NCBI GenBank assembly: GCA_046483165.1
Contig: JAWODQ010000043.1
Coordinates: forward strand, 1-51,885
Origin: Bacillota bacterium
GTDB lineage: Bacteria > Bacillota > Sulfobacillia > SLMV01
Length of the DNA stretch: 51,885 nt
Reading direction: 5' to 3'
Below are positions 40,661 through 50,355 of this stretch, in pieces. The first letter of the stretch is position 1. Each line of letters begins with the position of its first letter. Position numbers and translations under genes: made by a program. The notes beneath the pieces are model-generated. The model searched no databases. It saw nothing but the letters and a program-made list of their open reading frames with translations, and was not told the origin of the DNA.

Positions 40661-41226
40661 CATCTCCTGCTTTCTGCCCGGGTTGCGATCTCGTGTGAGC
40701 GGGACTCGAAAGCATGGATGACCTTCCTCATTCCTTCTTCCAACTTAGTCGGGACAATTCCAGACTCAGACGCTCTCTTATGTCGCGGAAGATTCTCTCG
40801 AATGGCTTCCGGCTCGGCCCGTCCACGCATGTCGTGATCCCGATGTGGTCACGTTGTCTCGGTCGGATCGATCACTTCTGGTGGTAGATCCCTGCAGGAT
40901 TTCTCAGCGTCCTCGCGGTTCATCGCACGCAAAGTGGGCACGAGACATCGTATCCGCGCAGGAAAGTCACCCCATTTGTGGAACGCCTCTGCAATAGAGG
41001 CGTAAAGAAGTCGCTCATCCGAACGTGTGACAGTGTGGCCGGCCGTTACCGGGGTTTCAGCACAAAGCCGCATCCGGGTAAGATTCTCCCCGGGGTCGCC
41101 GTGCGCGCACGTCCACGGTGGAATCGGACGTCGAGAGTTGTCCACCCCGGGCGGCGAAGGAGTTTTCCTCCGGCGAGTTAGTTGAAGTCGAGATCGGTAG
41201 TAACGTCCCGGGAGAGGAATGATAGT

Positions 41227-42186
41227 GTGGGGAAGTATCTGGTCACCGGTGCCGCGGGATTCGTGGGAGCAAATGTGGTGATGGAGCTCCTGAGAGTTGG
41301 CGAGGAGGTGTTGGCCTGCGACTTCAACGATCCTCCCAGGAGATTACTCGACGAATCTGCCGAGGCCGGCGAGGTATCGTGGCGACAAATGGACGTGAGC
41401 CGAGCTAAGCAGTGGATGGACATTTCTCCGACGGGCGTAGATGCGGTGATACACGCGGCGGCGATCACCAACTCGAGGGGAGATGAATCACCCTCCCGTG
41501 CCGCCGAAGTGAACTTGATGGGAGCGCTCTATGCTGCGGATTGGGCCAGGGCCGGTGGGATCGATCGGTTGGTGTTCACCAGCTCTTCGGCCGTGTATCG
41601 CTACACCGAATTCGGGCGTCCTTTGCGCGAGGATGATCCCGTAGATCCAAGATTCAGCTATGGGCTCTCAAAAGTTGTCGCGGAAAAGTACCTCGACATC
41701 TACCGAAAAGATGCCGGCCTGGCTGTGTGTTCCGTACGTCTGCCTTCCGTATTCGGGCCGTGGGAACGTCCCACGGAGAGTCGCGTATCGATGTCACCGG
41801 TATATCACCTCGTTAGGGCCGCACTCTCGCGGCGCCCCCTGCTCGTCGCCGGAGAGGATGCCGGGCACGATTGGACCTACGCGAAGGATGTCGCCCGCGG
41901 GTTGATCCATCTGGCGCGCCGTCGCGGGGAGCCTCACCTTCTCAATCTCTCGACCGGTTGCCTTACGACCCTGGCGGACATATTGAAAGCTCTGGATGAT
42001 CTGATACCCGATCACCGAATACGGATCACCGATCCCGCCAGGGCGGATTTGGTAATGACTCCGACCAGCGGTGCGCAACCCATGGACATCTCGCGTCTCG
42101 AAGAGACGGGATTCGGAGTCGATACCTCCCTACGAGACGCCTTATCGGATTACATCGAGTGGATCGAGGCTGAAGACTCCGCGTGA
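41227..42186 (+). CDS. NAD-dependent epimerase/dehydratase (extended SDR)
   Basis: LVTGAAGFVG, IHAAA, TSSSAVY, YGLSK and DWTYAKDVA motifs. Confidence 0.88.
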   Translation: MGKYLVTGAAGFVGANVVMELLRVGEEVLACDFNDPPRRLLDESAEAGEVSWRQMDVSRAKQWMDISPTGVDAVIHAAAITNSRGDESPSRAAEVNLMGALYAADWARAGGIDRLVFTSSSAVYRYTEFGRPLREDDPVDPRFSYGLSKVVAEKYLDIYRKDAGLAVCSVRLPSVFGPWERPTESRVSMSPVYHLVRAALSRRPLLVAGEDAGHDWTYAKDVARGLIHLARRRGEPHLLNLSTGCLTTLADILKALDDLIPDHRIRITDPARADLVMTPTSGAQPMDISRLEETGFGVDTSLRDALSDYIEWIEAEDSA

Positions 42187-42258
42187 TTTATCCCGGCCGG
42201 CCATTTTGCCGAACGGGTGCAGACATGAGCATGTAGTGAAACGAGGAGTAAAGGAGAG

Positions 42259-43416
42259 ATGGTGCCACATATGCTGACTTCCGATACGATTCGCGGGCGA
42301 AGAAAGGGATTGTCCCGGGAGATGGAAAACCAAGGGATCGATTGGTTGTATGTCTCGCCGGGATCCGATTTTCGCTATCTCACGGGGCTTACCACCGGAC
42401 GAAGCGAGAGACCGCACGCATTACTCCTCGCTGGCAGTGGGGAGGAGGCGTTGCTTTGTCCCGCCTTCGAAGCGGACTACGTGTCGCGGATGGCGGACGT
42501 GGACGAAATAGTCCCGTGGGAAGAAAACGCCGATCCGTTCCAAACGGTGGCCGATTACTGGAGATCGGTTCGTGAGCCGTTGCGTGTAGCTTTGGGTCCC
42601 CAGTGCAGCTTCGAAGAATACGGAGCCATGGCCGAGACCTGTGGTGCCGTAGAAATCGTGGACGCGAAGCCCCTTATCAAAGGTATGCGGGTTATCAAGT
42701 CGGAGGCGGAGATAGAGATTATGCGTAAGATCACCGCTATCACTGAAAGTGCGCTGGACGACGCGCTATCGGAAGACGTTGCTTTCGGCATGACCGAGTC
42801 GGACCTGGGAGAAAAGCTCGAGAGGCGTGCACTCTCCTACGGAGCCGATTCGGCCAGCTCCACCGTCCTGTCTGGTCCGCATTCTTCTTTTCCGCACGGT
42901 GCCACCGGGTCGCGAGCGTTGGGACAGGACGAGATTTTGCTCATCGATTTCGTAACGACACTCGAAGGTTACCACGCCGACATCACTCGCACGGTGGTAT
43001 TCGGCAGCGTCAGCTCGCGAATGAAGGAAGTGTTTTCCGCAGTTCGCGAGGCCGCCCGGGCGGCCACCGACGCAGTAGTCCCGGGGGTCAAGGCCTCTCG
43101 GATAGATCGCATCGCCCGTAAAATCATGGAAGACGCCGGCCTCAGCGGGGCCTTCGTCCACCGGGTAGGACACGGTCTCGGTTTGGATGTACACGAGGAT
43201 CCCTATCTCGTGGGAAACAATGACGGTGTTACCGCACCGGCCTATTCTCATGTCGAGATACACGACGGTCTTCTGGAAGCGGGAATGCTCATAACGATCG
43301 AGCCCGGGGCATACCTTACGGACCAGTTTGGGATTAGGATCGAGGACGACATACTGGTGACCGAAGATGGTTACGAACGCCTCACCGACAACGTGAGCAA
43401 ATCCCTCATCCTATGA
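42259..43416 (+). CDS. Xaa-Pro peptidase, M24 family
   Basis: RVIKSEAE, IDF...YHADITRT, HRVGHGLGLDVHE, TIEPG and GIRIEDD motifs. Confidence 0.92.
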   Translation: MVPHMLTSDTIRGRRKGLSREMENQGIDWLYVSPGSDFRYLTGLTTGRSERPHALLLAGSGEEALLCPAFEADYVSRMADVDEIVPWEENADPFQTVADYWRSVREPLRVALGPQCSFEEYGAMAETCGAVEIVDAKPLIKGMRVIKSEAEIEIMRKITAITESALDDALSEDVAFGMTESDLGEKLERRALSYGADSASSTVLSGPHSSFPHGATGSRALGQDEILLIDFVTTLEGYHADITRTVVFGSVSSRMKEVFSAVREAARAATDAVVPGVKASRIDRIARKIMEDAGLSGAFVHRVGHGLGLDVHEDPYLVGNNDGVTAPAYSHVEIHDGLLEAGMLITIEPGAYLTDQFGIRIEDDILVTEDGYERLTDNVSKSLIL

Positions 43417-43451
43417 TGCTTCGCCTGCCCAGGTGATCGGGGCGTAACGCA

Positions 43452-43494
43452 AAAGTGGGGCGACGACGGTACGATCCCATCGTCGCCCCACTTT
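43452..43494. terminator. Bidirectional intrinsic terminator
   Basis: AAAGTGGGGCGACGA / TCGTCGCCCCACTTT inverted repeat between convergent genes. Confidence 0.8.
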
Positions 43495-43508
43495 CTTGGC
43501 AGAGAGAT

Positions 43509-44810
43509 CTAGAGGATTTCTCGCCACATCTTCAGATAGCTCTCCTTATCGTAGATGGGTTCGAATTCGCCCGCGATCCTCCTGGCGTGAGTGCCGCCGT
43601 CCCAAAGAAGGTCGACTATCATGCATGCCATCGCCTTGGAGGGTACCACGTATGCCATGTCCGGATCGGTCACCTTGAAGGTGCGCGCGTGGTTTGAGCC
43701 TTCCACCCCGCCGATGTAGGGGTGGATGGCCGGCATAAAGTGACTTATGTCGCCGATGTCGGAGGAACCGCCCATGGACCCGATGCGTTTCACGCTGCCC
43801 TCGCCCACCAACTCCTCGATGTAATCGGCGAAGATATCCTGCATCTCGTCGTTGAGTTCCCGGGGCAGATATCCGGGGATCTCGTCGATGTCGACCTCGG
43901 CTCCGATGGCGTGGGCACCGCCTTCGAGGGCTCGATTGACCTTATTGCTGGCGTCCAGTATGGCCTCCATTTTGCGTCCTCGGACGTAACTTTCGATGAC
44001 GACGTCCGAGGGAACGTTGTTGACCAGGTCCCCACCCTTGGTAATTATGGGGTGTACGCGGATATTGTCCTCATCTTTGAAAGTTTCGCGCTGCGCGTGT
44101 ATGCCCATAAGGCCCAGTAATGCCGCGTTTAGGGCGTTGATTCCCTTGTGAGGATCCGCCCCGGCGTGAGCCTCTTTCCCGATATATCGTATGATCTTGC
44201 CGAGGAAACCGTTACTGCCCTCGGAGATCATGATCCCACGTCCGAGACCCGCGAGGAGGTGGGCCATGACCGTCATGTCGACGTCATCCAAAACTCCCAG
44301 GCGGATGAATTCCTGTTTTCCACCGAAGAACTCGATTTCTCCGTCTTCTCTCAGCTGTCTGCGATAATCGAGTTCCACGTATTCTTCGGCCGGGACGGCC
44401 ATGAGGGCGAGACTGCCTCCCAGATTCTCCATCACACCGCTTCGCATCAGCCCTATGGCGGTTCCGAACATAATGGCCAGCTGGCCGTGATGTCCGCACG
44501 CGTGAACCGCACCGGTGTCCTTGTCCGCCTCCGGGTGCTCGTAGCATATGACCGAGTCGAGCTCGCCCATTACGCCCACCTTGAAGTCGTCGGAAGCTCC
44601 CGCGACGTCGGCACGAACGCCGGTACGTGCGATTCCCGACTCATACTCGAGACCCAGTTCGTCGAAGAACTCCATCACCTTTTCGGCGGTGCGATACTCC
44701 TTGTATCCCAGTTCCGGGTGTGCCCATATATCGTCGGCGAACTCGGTGAGTCTTCCGGCGGAGGCGTCGATGGCCTCCATTACTTTCCTTTTGGCAGTGT
44801 CTTTGTCCAT
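43509..44810 (-). CDS. M20D-family amidohydrolase
   Basis: HPELGYKE, GELD, HACGH, PAEE, GKEAHAG, GGDLVNNVP and GSSDIGD motifs. Confidence 0.88.
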   Translation of the reverse strand: MDKDTAKRKVMEAIDASAGRLTEFADDIWAHPELGYKEYRTAEKVMEFFDELGLEYESGIARTGVRADVAGASDDFKVGVMGELDSVICYEHPEADKDTGAVHACGHHGQLAIMFGTAIGLMRSGVMENLGGSLALMAVPAEEYVELDYRRQLREDGEIEFFGGKQEFIRLGVLDDVDMTVMAHLLAGLGRGIMISEGSNGFLGKIIRYIGKEAHAGADPHKGINALNAALLGLMGIHAQRETFKDEDNIRVHPIITKGGDLVNNVPSDVVIESYVRGRKMEAILDASNKVNRALEGGAHAIGAEVDIDEIPGYLPRELNDEMQDIFADYIEELVGEGSVKRIGSMGGSSDIGDISHFMPAIHPYIGGVEGSNHARTFKVTDPDMAYVVPSKAMACMIVDLLWDGGTHARRIAGEFEPIYDKESYLKMWREIL

Positions 44811-45030
44811 GATTGCGCGACCGTTAAGCCGCTCCCTCCTTCCAAAGGGTGATTTATAACGGGATTCAAACACGTGATCGTCCGACCCACACTTCGTTTC
44901 GTGGGTGAGATCGGAAGTTCGCAGTCAATCTCCGTCTACCTGAGCTGTACTATATGGAAGGCGTCGTTCCTCCACGACCACGGCCAAATGTCTTTAATGA
45001 GGGGAAATTGATGGGTCGTGGCGGCAGAAG

Positions 45031-45082
45031 GAAGAGAAATAGAATCCCCCGGGGAGAAGTCCATCATCTCTCACCGGGGGAT
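45031..45082 (-). terminator. Terminator of the betaine ABC operon
   Basis: ATCCCCCGG / CCGGGGGAT stem followed on the minus strand by a T/C-rich tail. Confidence 0.6.
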
Positions 45083-45104
45083 CTGCGTGGGCATATATGG
45101 GATC

Positions 45105-46379
45105 TTAACTGGTGACATCCTCGGTTCGACGCGATCTGCCGTGTTGGTTGGTGAGGCCGTTCAATATCGCCGATCTCACCACTACTCCCAGGAGACGTCC
45201 ACTTTCGTTGACCACCGGCAGGGGATATTGAGTGGTGGCTCCGATCGGGACCAACTCTTCGAGAGTTCGTTCGGTGTCGATGGTCGGGATGTCCCGTTCG
45301 ACGTAGGGATCTATATCTTCTGCATCCTCATCGAGAGCCTTGAGTGCCGCGTCGGCGGTAATTATCCCGACGAGATGGCGCTGATGATCGACCACGAATA
45401 CGCTTGAGAGACGCTCCAGGCGCATGCGTCTCAGGGCGGTCCTCGGTCCGTCACTCGCGAAGGCCAACGCCTGCGGGTGATCCATGATGTGCTCGGCCTT
45501 TATGACGCCCCAGGGGTTTACTCCTTCGACGAATTCCGCCACGTAGTCGGTCGCGGGATTACGCAGGATGTCCTCGGGAGTCCCGATCTGATGGATGCGC
45601 CCGTCCTTCATTACCGCTATGCGGTCACCGAGCTGTAGCGCCTCGTCGAGGTCGTGAGTGATGAAGACGATCGTCTTGGATAGCTCGCTTTGTAGATCCA
45701 TGAGTTCCTTTTGCATCTCGCGACGGATGAGCGGGTCCAACGCGCTGAAGGGCTCATCCATCAACATGATCTTGGGATCGGTGGCCAAAGCCCGGGCCAA
45801 CCCGACGCGTTGCTGCATTCCGCCGCTCAGTTCGTCGATGCGGCTCTTCGCCCAGTCGCGGAGTCCGACGGCCTCCAGCGTATTCTTGGCCTGCACCATA
45901 CGCTCTTCCTGGGATACACCCCTGACTCGGAGTCCGTAGGCCACGTTTTCCTCGACGTTAAGGTGCGGGAGAAGGCCGAAACTTTGAAATACCATCGAGA
46001 CAGTGTGTAGGCGAAGCTCACGCAATCGCTCGTCGTCCATTTCCACGACATCTTCGCCGTAGATATTGACCTCACCTCGGGTCGGCTGGATCAGGCGGTT
46101 TAGGCAACGCACCAGCGTCGACTTGCCGCTGCCCGAAAGACCCATAACCACGAATACTTCGCCTTCGTTGACCTCGAAGCTGACGTTGTTTACACCCACG
46201 GTTGCGCGCGTCTTCTGCAGGATCTCATCCTTGTCGGCTCCCTCGTTCAGCATTTGCAGGGCACGTTTCTGACGGGGACCAAAAATCTTCGTCAGGCCCT
46301 CCAGGCGGATCGGTTTGACGTCGTCCGCCTGGTCGGTCTGCGGTATCTGTTCAGCATTTGAGTCTTGACCTGGAACCAT
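45105..46379 (-). CDS. opuAA: Glycine betaine/proline ABC ATPase with CBS pair (OpuAA/ProV)
   Basis: MGLSGSGKST, LSGGMQQRVGLARAL, MDEPFSALDPLIR and C-terminal CBS domains. Confidence 0.95.
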   Translation of the reverse strand: MVPGQDSNAEQIPQTDQADDVKPIRLEGLTKIFGPRQKRALQMLNEGADKDEILQKTRATVGVNNVSFEVNEGEVFVVMGLSGSGKSTLVRCLNRLIQPTRGEVNIYGEDVVEMDDERLRELRLHTVSMVFQSFGLLPHLNVEENVAYGLRVRGVSQEERMVQAKNTLEAVGLRDWAKSRIDELSGGMQQRVGLARALATDPKIMLMDEPFSALDPLIRREMQKELMDLQSELSKTIVFITHDLDEALQLGDRIAVMKDGRIHQIGTPEDILRNPATDYVAEFVEGVNPWGVIKAEHIMDHPQALAFASDGPRTALRRMRLERLSSVFVVDHQRHLVGIITADAALKALDEDAEDIDPYVERDIPTIDTERTLEELVPIGATTQYPLPVVNESGRLLGVVVRSAILNGLTNQHGRSRRTEDVTS

Positions 46380-46380
46380 A

Positions 46381-47223
46381 TTAACTCCTCTGTCCAATGC
46401 CCGCGGTGATGCGGTCAATGATGATGGCCATTATCACGATGCTGATACCTCCGGCGAATCCCCGGCCGACTTCGAGTCGGCCTATGGAGCGAAGCACCAC
46501 GTCACCCAGTCCGCCGGCACCGATCATGGAAGCTATGACTACCATGGCCAACGCCATCATGATGGTCTGGTTGACTCCGGCCATGATGGTCGGAAGTGCG
46601 AGGGGCATTTGCACCCACATCAGGATCTGCCATTTGGTCGATCCGAAGGCCCGCGATGCCTCGACTACGGCCTCGGATACCTGGCGGATACCGAGATCCG
46701 TCAATCTTATCACCGGCGGGATGGCGTAGACCAGCGTCGCTATCAGCGCCGGGACGCGGCCGATACCGAAGAGCATCAGGGCCGGAATGAGGTATACGAA
46801 ACTGGGCATGGTTTGCATCAGGTCCAAAACCGGCTTCATCATCGTTTGGAATCCGTCACTTCGCGACATCAAGATTCCGGTGGGAAGTCCAATTGCCGTC
46901 GCGAGCAGTGTGGCGGTGAAGGCCAGGGCGAGGGTCGCCATGGCCTGGGTCCAAAGCCCCAGAGCGCCGATGAAAAGAAATCCCACAATAACACCGACGG
47001 ACAACCGCGGGCCCACCAGCTTGTAGGCTACGAGGGCGACGGCGATGATTACTACCGGCCACGGGAGCCACTGGAGTGCCTGCTCGATTCGCAAAAGCAA
47101 AAGGAAGAGCACGTCGGATATGGCACCGAAGAAGGCAGAGCCTTCGACGGTGAGCCAATCCGCAATGGCGTCGATCCAATTCTCCAGCGGTATCTCGAAC
47201 CAGCTGGGAAACTCTAGCGTCAT
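46381..47223 (-). CDS. opuAB: Glycine betaine/proline ABC permease (OpuAB/ProW)
   Basis: PVLDLMQTMPSFVYLIP and IMAGVNQTIMMALAMVVIASMIGAGGLG motifs. Confidence 0.95.
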   Translation of the reverse strand: MTLEFPSWFEIPLENWIDAIADWLTVEGSAFFGAISDVLFLLLLRIEQALQWLPWPVVIIAVALVAYKLVGPRLSVGVIVGFLFIGALGLWTQAMATLALAFTATLLATAIGLPTGILMSRSDGFQTMMKPVLDLMQTMPSFVYLIPALMLFGIGRVPALIATLVYAIPPVIRLTDLGIRQVSEAVVEASRAFGSTKWQILMWVQMPLALPTIMAGVNQTIMMALAMVVIASMIGAGGLGDVVLRSIGRLEVGRGFAGGISIVIMAIIIDRITAGIGQRS

Positions 47224-47278
47224 CGTCTCAATTCCTCTCGCGAGATTCTTAATCTAGTGGTGGGCCCGCTCCGATTCA

Positions 47279-48391
47279 TTAGAGATCGGCACCCTCTTCT
47301 ATGAGGGCATCTTCGACCTTTTGCTCGACATCCTCGGGGAGCCATTCCCGCCATATGTCTTCGAAGTTTTCGAAGTACCAGATGGCGGCTTCTTCCGCCG
47401 ATGCGTCTTCCGTCTCCATATACGCCGACGTCTGGTTCAGTGGATCGGTGCCGACGTTCATCTTCTCGAGGAATTCGACGACCTCGGGGGCCCGATCCTT
47501 CAGGCCGGAGTAGATGCCCTTGTTGACCGTATGGGTCTGGTAGGCACAGGCCTCGTCGATCTCGCTGGGATCGATCTCGCCGTCGACGGCGCGCTGCAGT
47601 TCCGCCCACACTTCTTCATCGTATTCCGGTTCTTCCAACTTCACGAAGTCGTACTTACCCATCAGCCAGGTCGGCTCCCAGTAATATCCCACCACCGGTT
47701 CGCCTTTCTCGTACGCGCTGACCAGGGCCGAATCCAGCGCCGCGGCACCACCGGAGTCTTTGACGTTGTAGTACTCGGTAAGACCATAGACTTCCATCTT
47801 CACGGTGTTGAACTGAGTGCAGTCCCATTCGTGAATGCTGTTTATGAAGGCACCCTTACTGGAATCCTCGCGGTCCTCGAATACTTCCCAGTAGTCGGCC
47901 AGGTCAAATACCGACTCGAGGTCCGGGGCCATGGGCTCGATGCCGCGTTCCTCGTCACCTTCGATGACGTAGCGCGGTACGTACCAGCCCTGGGTGGCTT
48001 CGTCATAGACGGGGCCCAGATCGATCATGTCTCCAGACTCGGTATTCTCCGTATACCAGTCCATCATGTTAAATCGCCATAGTTCCATGTGGACGTGGGT
48101 TTCGCCGCTCGGCAGGGACTGGTGCAGAACGGGTACGCTGGCGTTCACGATGTCTACCGGGTAATCGTATCCTTCTTCGATGATGAATTGGGCCAGGGCG
48201 TTATTGATCCAAAGCGTCTGGAATTGGGTGTCGGTGAATATGATCGTTTCCTTGTCTCCGGATTCGGCAGGTTCTTCGCCATTTCCTTCTTCGGCGGGTT
48301 CTCCGCTGCCGCACCCGAGGGTGAGGCCGAGGGAGAGCATAACTGCTATCGCTATCAGCATCACTGACCATTTTGATTTGATGGGTAACAT
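47279..48391 (-). CDS. opuAC: Glycine betaine/proline ABC substrate-binding lipoprotein (OpuAC/ProX)
   Basis: Lipobox LTLGC, GWYVPRYV and YYWEPTWLMG motifs; operon context. Confidence 0.88.
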   Translation of the reverse strand: MLPIKSKWSVMLIAIAVMLSLGLTLGCGSGEPAEEGNGEEPAESGDKETIIFTDTQFQTLWINNALAQFIIEEGYDYPVDIVNASVPVLHQSLPSGETHVHMELWRFNMMDWYTENTESGDMIDLGPVYDEATQGWYVPRYVIEGDEERGIEPMAPDLESVFDLADYWEVFEDREDSSKGAFINSIHEWDCTQFNTVKMEVYGLTEYYNVKDSGGAAALDSALVSAYEKGEPVVGYYWEPTWLMGKYDFVKLEEPEYDEEVWAELQRAVDGEIDPSEIDEACAYQTHTVNKGIYSGLKDRAPEVVEFLEKMNVGTDPLNQTSAYMETEDASAEEAAIWYFENFEDIWREWLPEDVEQKVEDALIEEGADL

Positions 48392-48683
48392 CCTTCCCTT
48401 AATTCGCGTCTTCTTTTTGGAGTACGTCCCGTACTCCCGGGGTGAGTTCGGGTGGAACGAGTATCCCAAATCCGCGCCGGGCACTCTCCTGGCACGTCTC
48501 CCACAGCGGTTGAGTCCGCCCGGGAGCCCTAAGCGCGCGGAGAACATCTTCCGAGATTTACTCGGCCGATGTCGGGTGCTCGAATGGAGTAGGTGAAAGA
48601 GATGATGATCTCACCGTGGTACCTTTGCGTGAGATCCGCGCGTCCTGTCGTATACATCGATTCTGATACCGAACTCAACCCGA

Positions 48684-48712
48684 AAGTTAGCACACCAGCC
48701 CCAATGCGTCAA
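48684..48712 (-). promoter_or_regulatory. sigmaA promoter of the betaine ABC operon
   Basis: Minus strand TTGACG-17 nt-TAACTT with extended TG; implies a ~285-nt 5' UTR. Confidence 0.65.
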
Positions 48713-49036
48713 GGCAAGAGCATGCCAGCAAACCTCGAACTGAGACAAATCCAACGCTATTCTGACTCTCACGCTTTATGTCAGACTCTCTATGGGGTTG
48801 ATGGGGTATGTATCCCGGATTGAGTCCAAGACAACTAGATAATGGCTCCGCAAGCGCCGATATGGTTCTATATACCTCATATTAAGACTGGGAACGACTG
48901 CTTTACGAGGCAAAATATGGAATTCCATGATTTCGTCAATGATCTTCTCTCGAAAGGCAGGGAGGAGAGGGAGACTCGGCTAAATGCATCGAGTGCATAC
49001 GATATTCGCTTACGTTGATCGAAAGGGTGAGATGTT

Positions 49037-50224
49037 TTGAAAGTGTTGATTCTCGGAGGTGCCGGCATCCAGGGTTCGGCGGCCGCCCGCGATCTAGTGG
49101 AATCTCGAAAGGATGCGGACATAACCCTCGCGGATCTCGACCGGGATTCCCTCCAGCCCGTTGTGGAATGGCTGGACGATGACCGTGTCGAGGCCGTGCC
49201 CGTCGATGCGGCGGACACAGGTGGTCTGCGTCGTTTCATGGAGGAGCGAGGCTTCGACGTCGTCATTAGCTCGGTTCCCTGGTCCGTGGCCCTTGCGCCC
49301 CTGGAGGCGGCCATAGAGGTGGGGGTAGACTTCATCGATTTCGGCCTCTATCAAAACCGGGAATTTGACGAGCGCTTTTCGGAGTTTTGCAGCCGAGCGC
49401 GCGACGCTCGGGTGACGGTAATCCCGAGCTGTGGGGTAGCCCCGGGGTTGACCAACATGCTCGCCGCCCACGGTGCCGCGCAGCTTGAGAACGTAGATAC
49501 GGTACACATATATGTCGGCGGCATACCCGAGTGCCCCGAACCTCCGTTGCAGTACAAGACCGTGTGGAGTCTGGAGGGAGTTTGGACGCAGTTCTTCGAA
49601 TCCACCCGCGCGATAAGGGACGGTGGGCTAGTAGAATTGGAACCGGGCTCGGAACTGGAGACGCTGAACATCGATGGAGTGGGTGAGCTGGAGGCCGCCC
49701 TCACCGACGGTTTGGGTACCATGCTACATATGTACGACGATCCCATTTTCGAAGGAGTGAATGAAGTATTTGAGAAGACCATGAGGCACCCGGGTCACTA
49801 CGGCAAGGTTTTAACTCTAAAAGAGTGCGGTCTGCTCGACGATGAGCCCATCCGGGTTGGAGAGACGAGCATCTCTCCGCGACGTTTTCTCACCGAGCTC
49901 CTCGGCCCCGAACTCAAGATGCGCGAGGGAGAGCGCGACATGACGGTCATGTCCGTCCGTGTCACCGGCCGTTCTCGGGGACAAAGACGTCGCTTTACCT
50001 TCGATATGGTGGATCGGGCTGACCTCGCCCGGGGCGTACTCAGCATGGGCCGCACCACCGGTTATACGGGTTCCATTTTGGCCGGAATGTTGGTCGACGG
50101 TCTCATAGAGTCTCCCGGTATGGTGCCCCCGGAGCGGCTGGGAGCTGATCTCGACCTCTTCGGGCACATATGGGAGGAATATGCCCGTCGCGGGATCGAT
50201 ATATCGGAGTCGGTCACCGGATGA
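49037..50224 (+). CDS. Saccharopine dehydrogenase-family oxidoreductase (lysine 6-dehydrogenase-like)
   Basis: MKVLILGGAGIQG, GVAPGLTN, YVGGIPECPEPPLQY...SLEG, KTMRHPGH and MGRTTGY motifs. Confidence 0.85.
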   Translation: MKVLILGGAGIQGSAAARDLVESRKDADITLADLDRDSLQPVVEWLDDDRVEAVPVDAADTGGLRRFMEERGFDVVISSVPWSVALAPLEAAIEVGVDFIDFGLYQNREFDERFSEFCSRARDARVTVIPSCGVAPGLTNMLAAHGAAQLENVDTVHIYVGGIPECPEPPLQYKTVWSLEGVWTQFFESTRAIRDGGLVELEPGSELETLNIDGVGELEAALTDGLGTMLHMYDDPIFEGVNEVFEKTMRHPGHYGKVLTLKECGLLDDEPIRVGETSISPRRFLTELLGPELKMREGERDMTVMSVRVTGRSRGQRRRFTFDMVDRADLARGVLSMGRTTGYTGSILAGMLVDGLIESPGMVPPERLGADLDLFGHIWEEYARRGIDISESVTG

Positions 50225-50355
50225 ACATGCGATAGTTACGCAGGCGTTCTCCCCTTTCGATGATTGGGGGAGCGCTCGCGGGAGAATACTAGTAATTAGA
50301 TCGGCGTTTCTTATCGCATCGTCGTATCAATATCGCGGGGCTTCGGAGGTGAATC

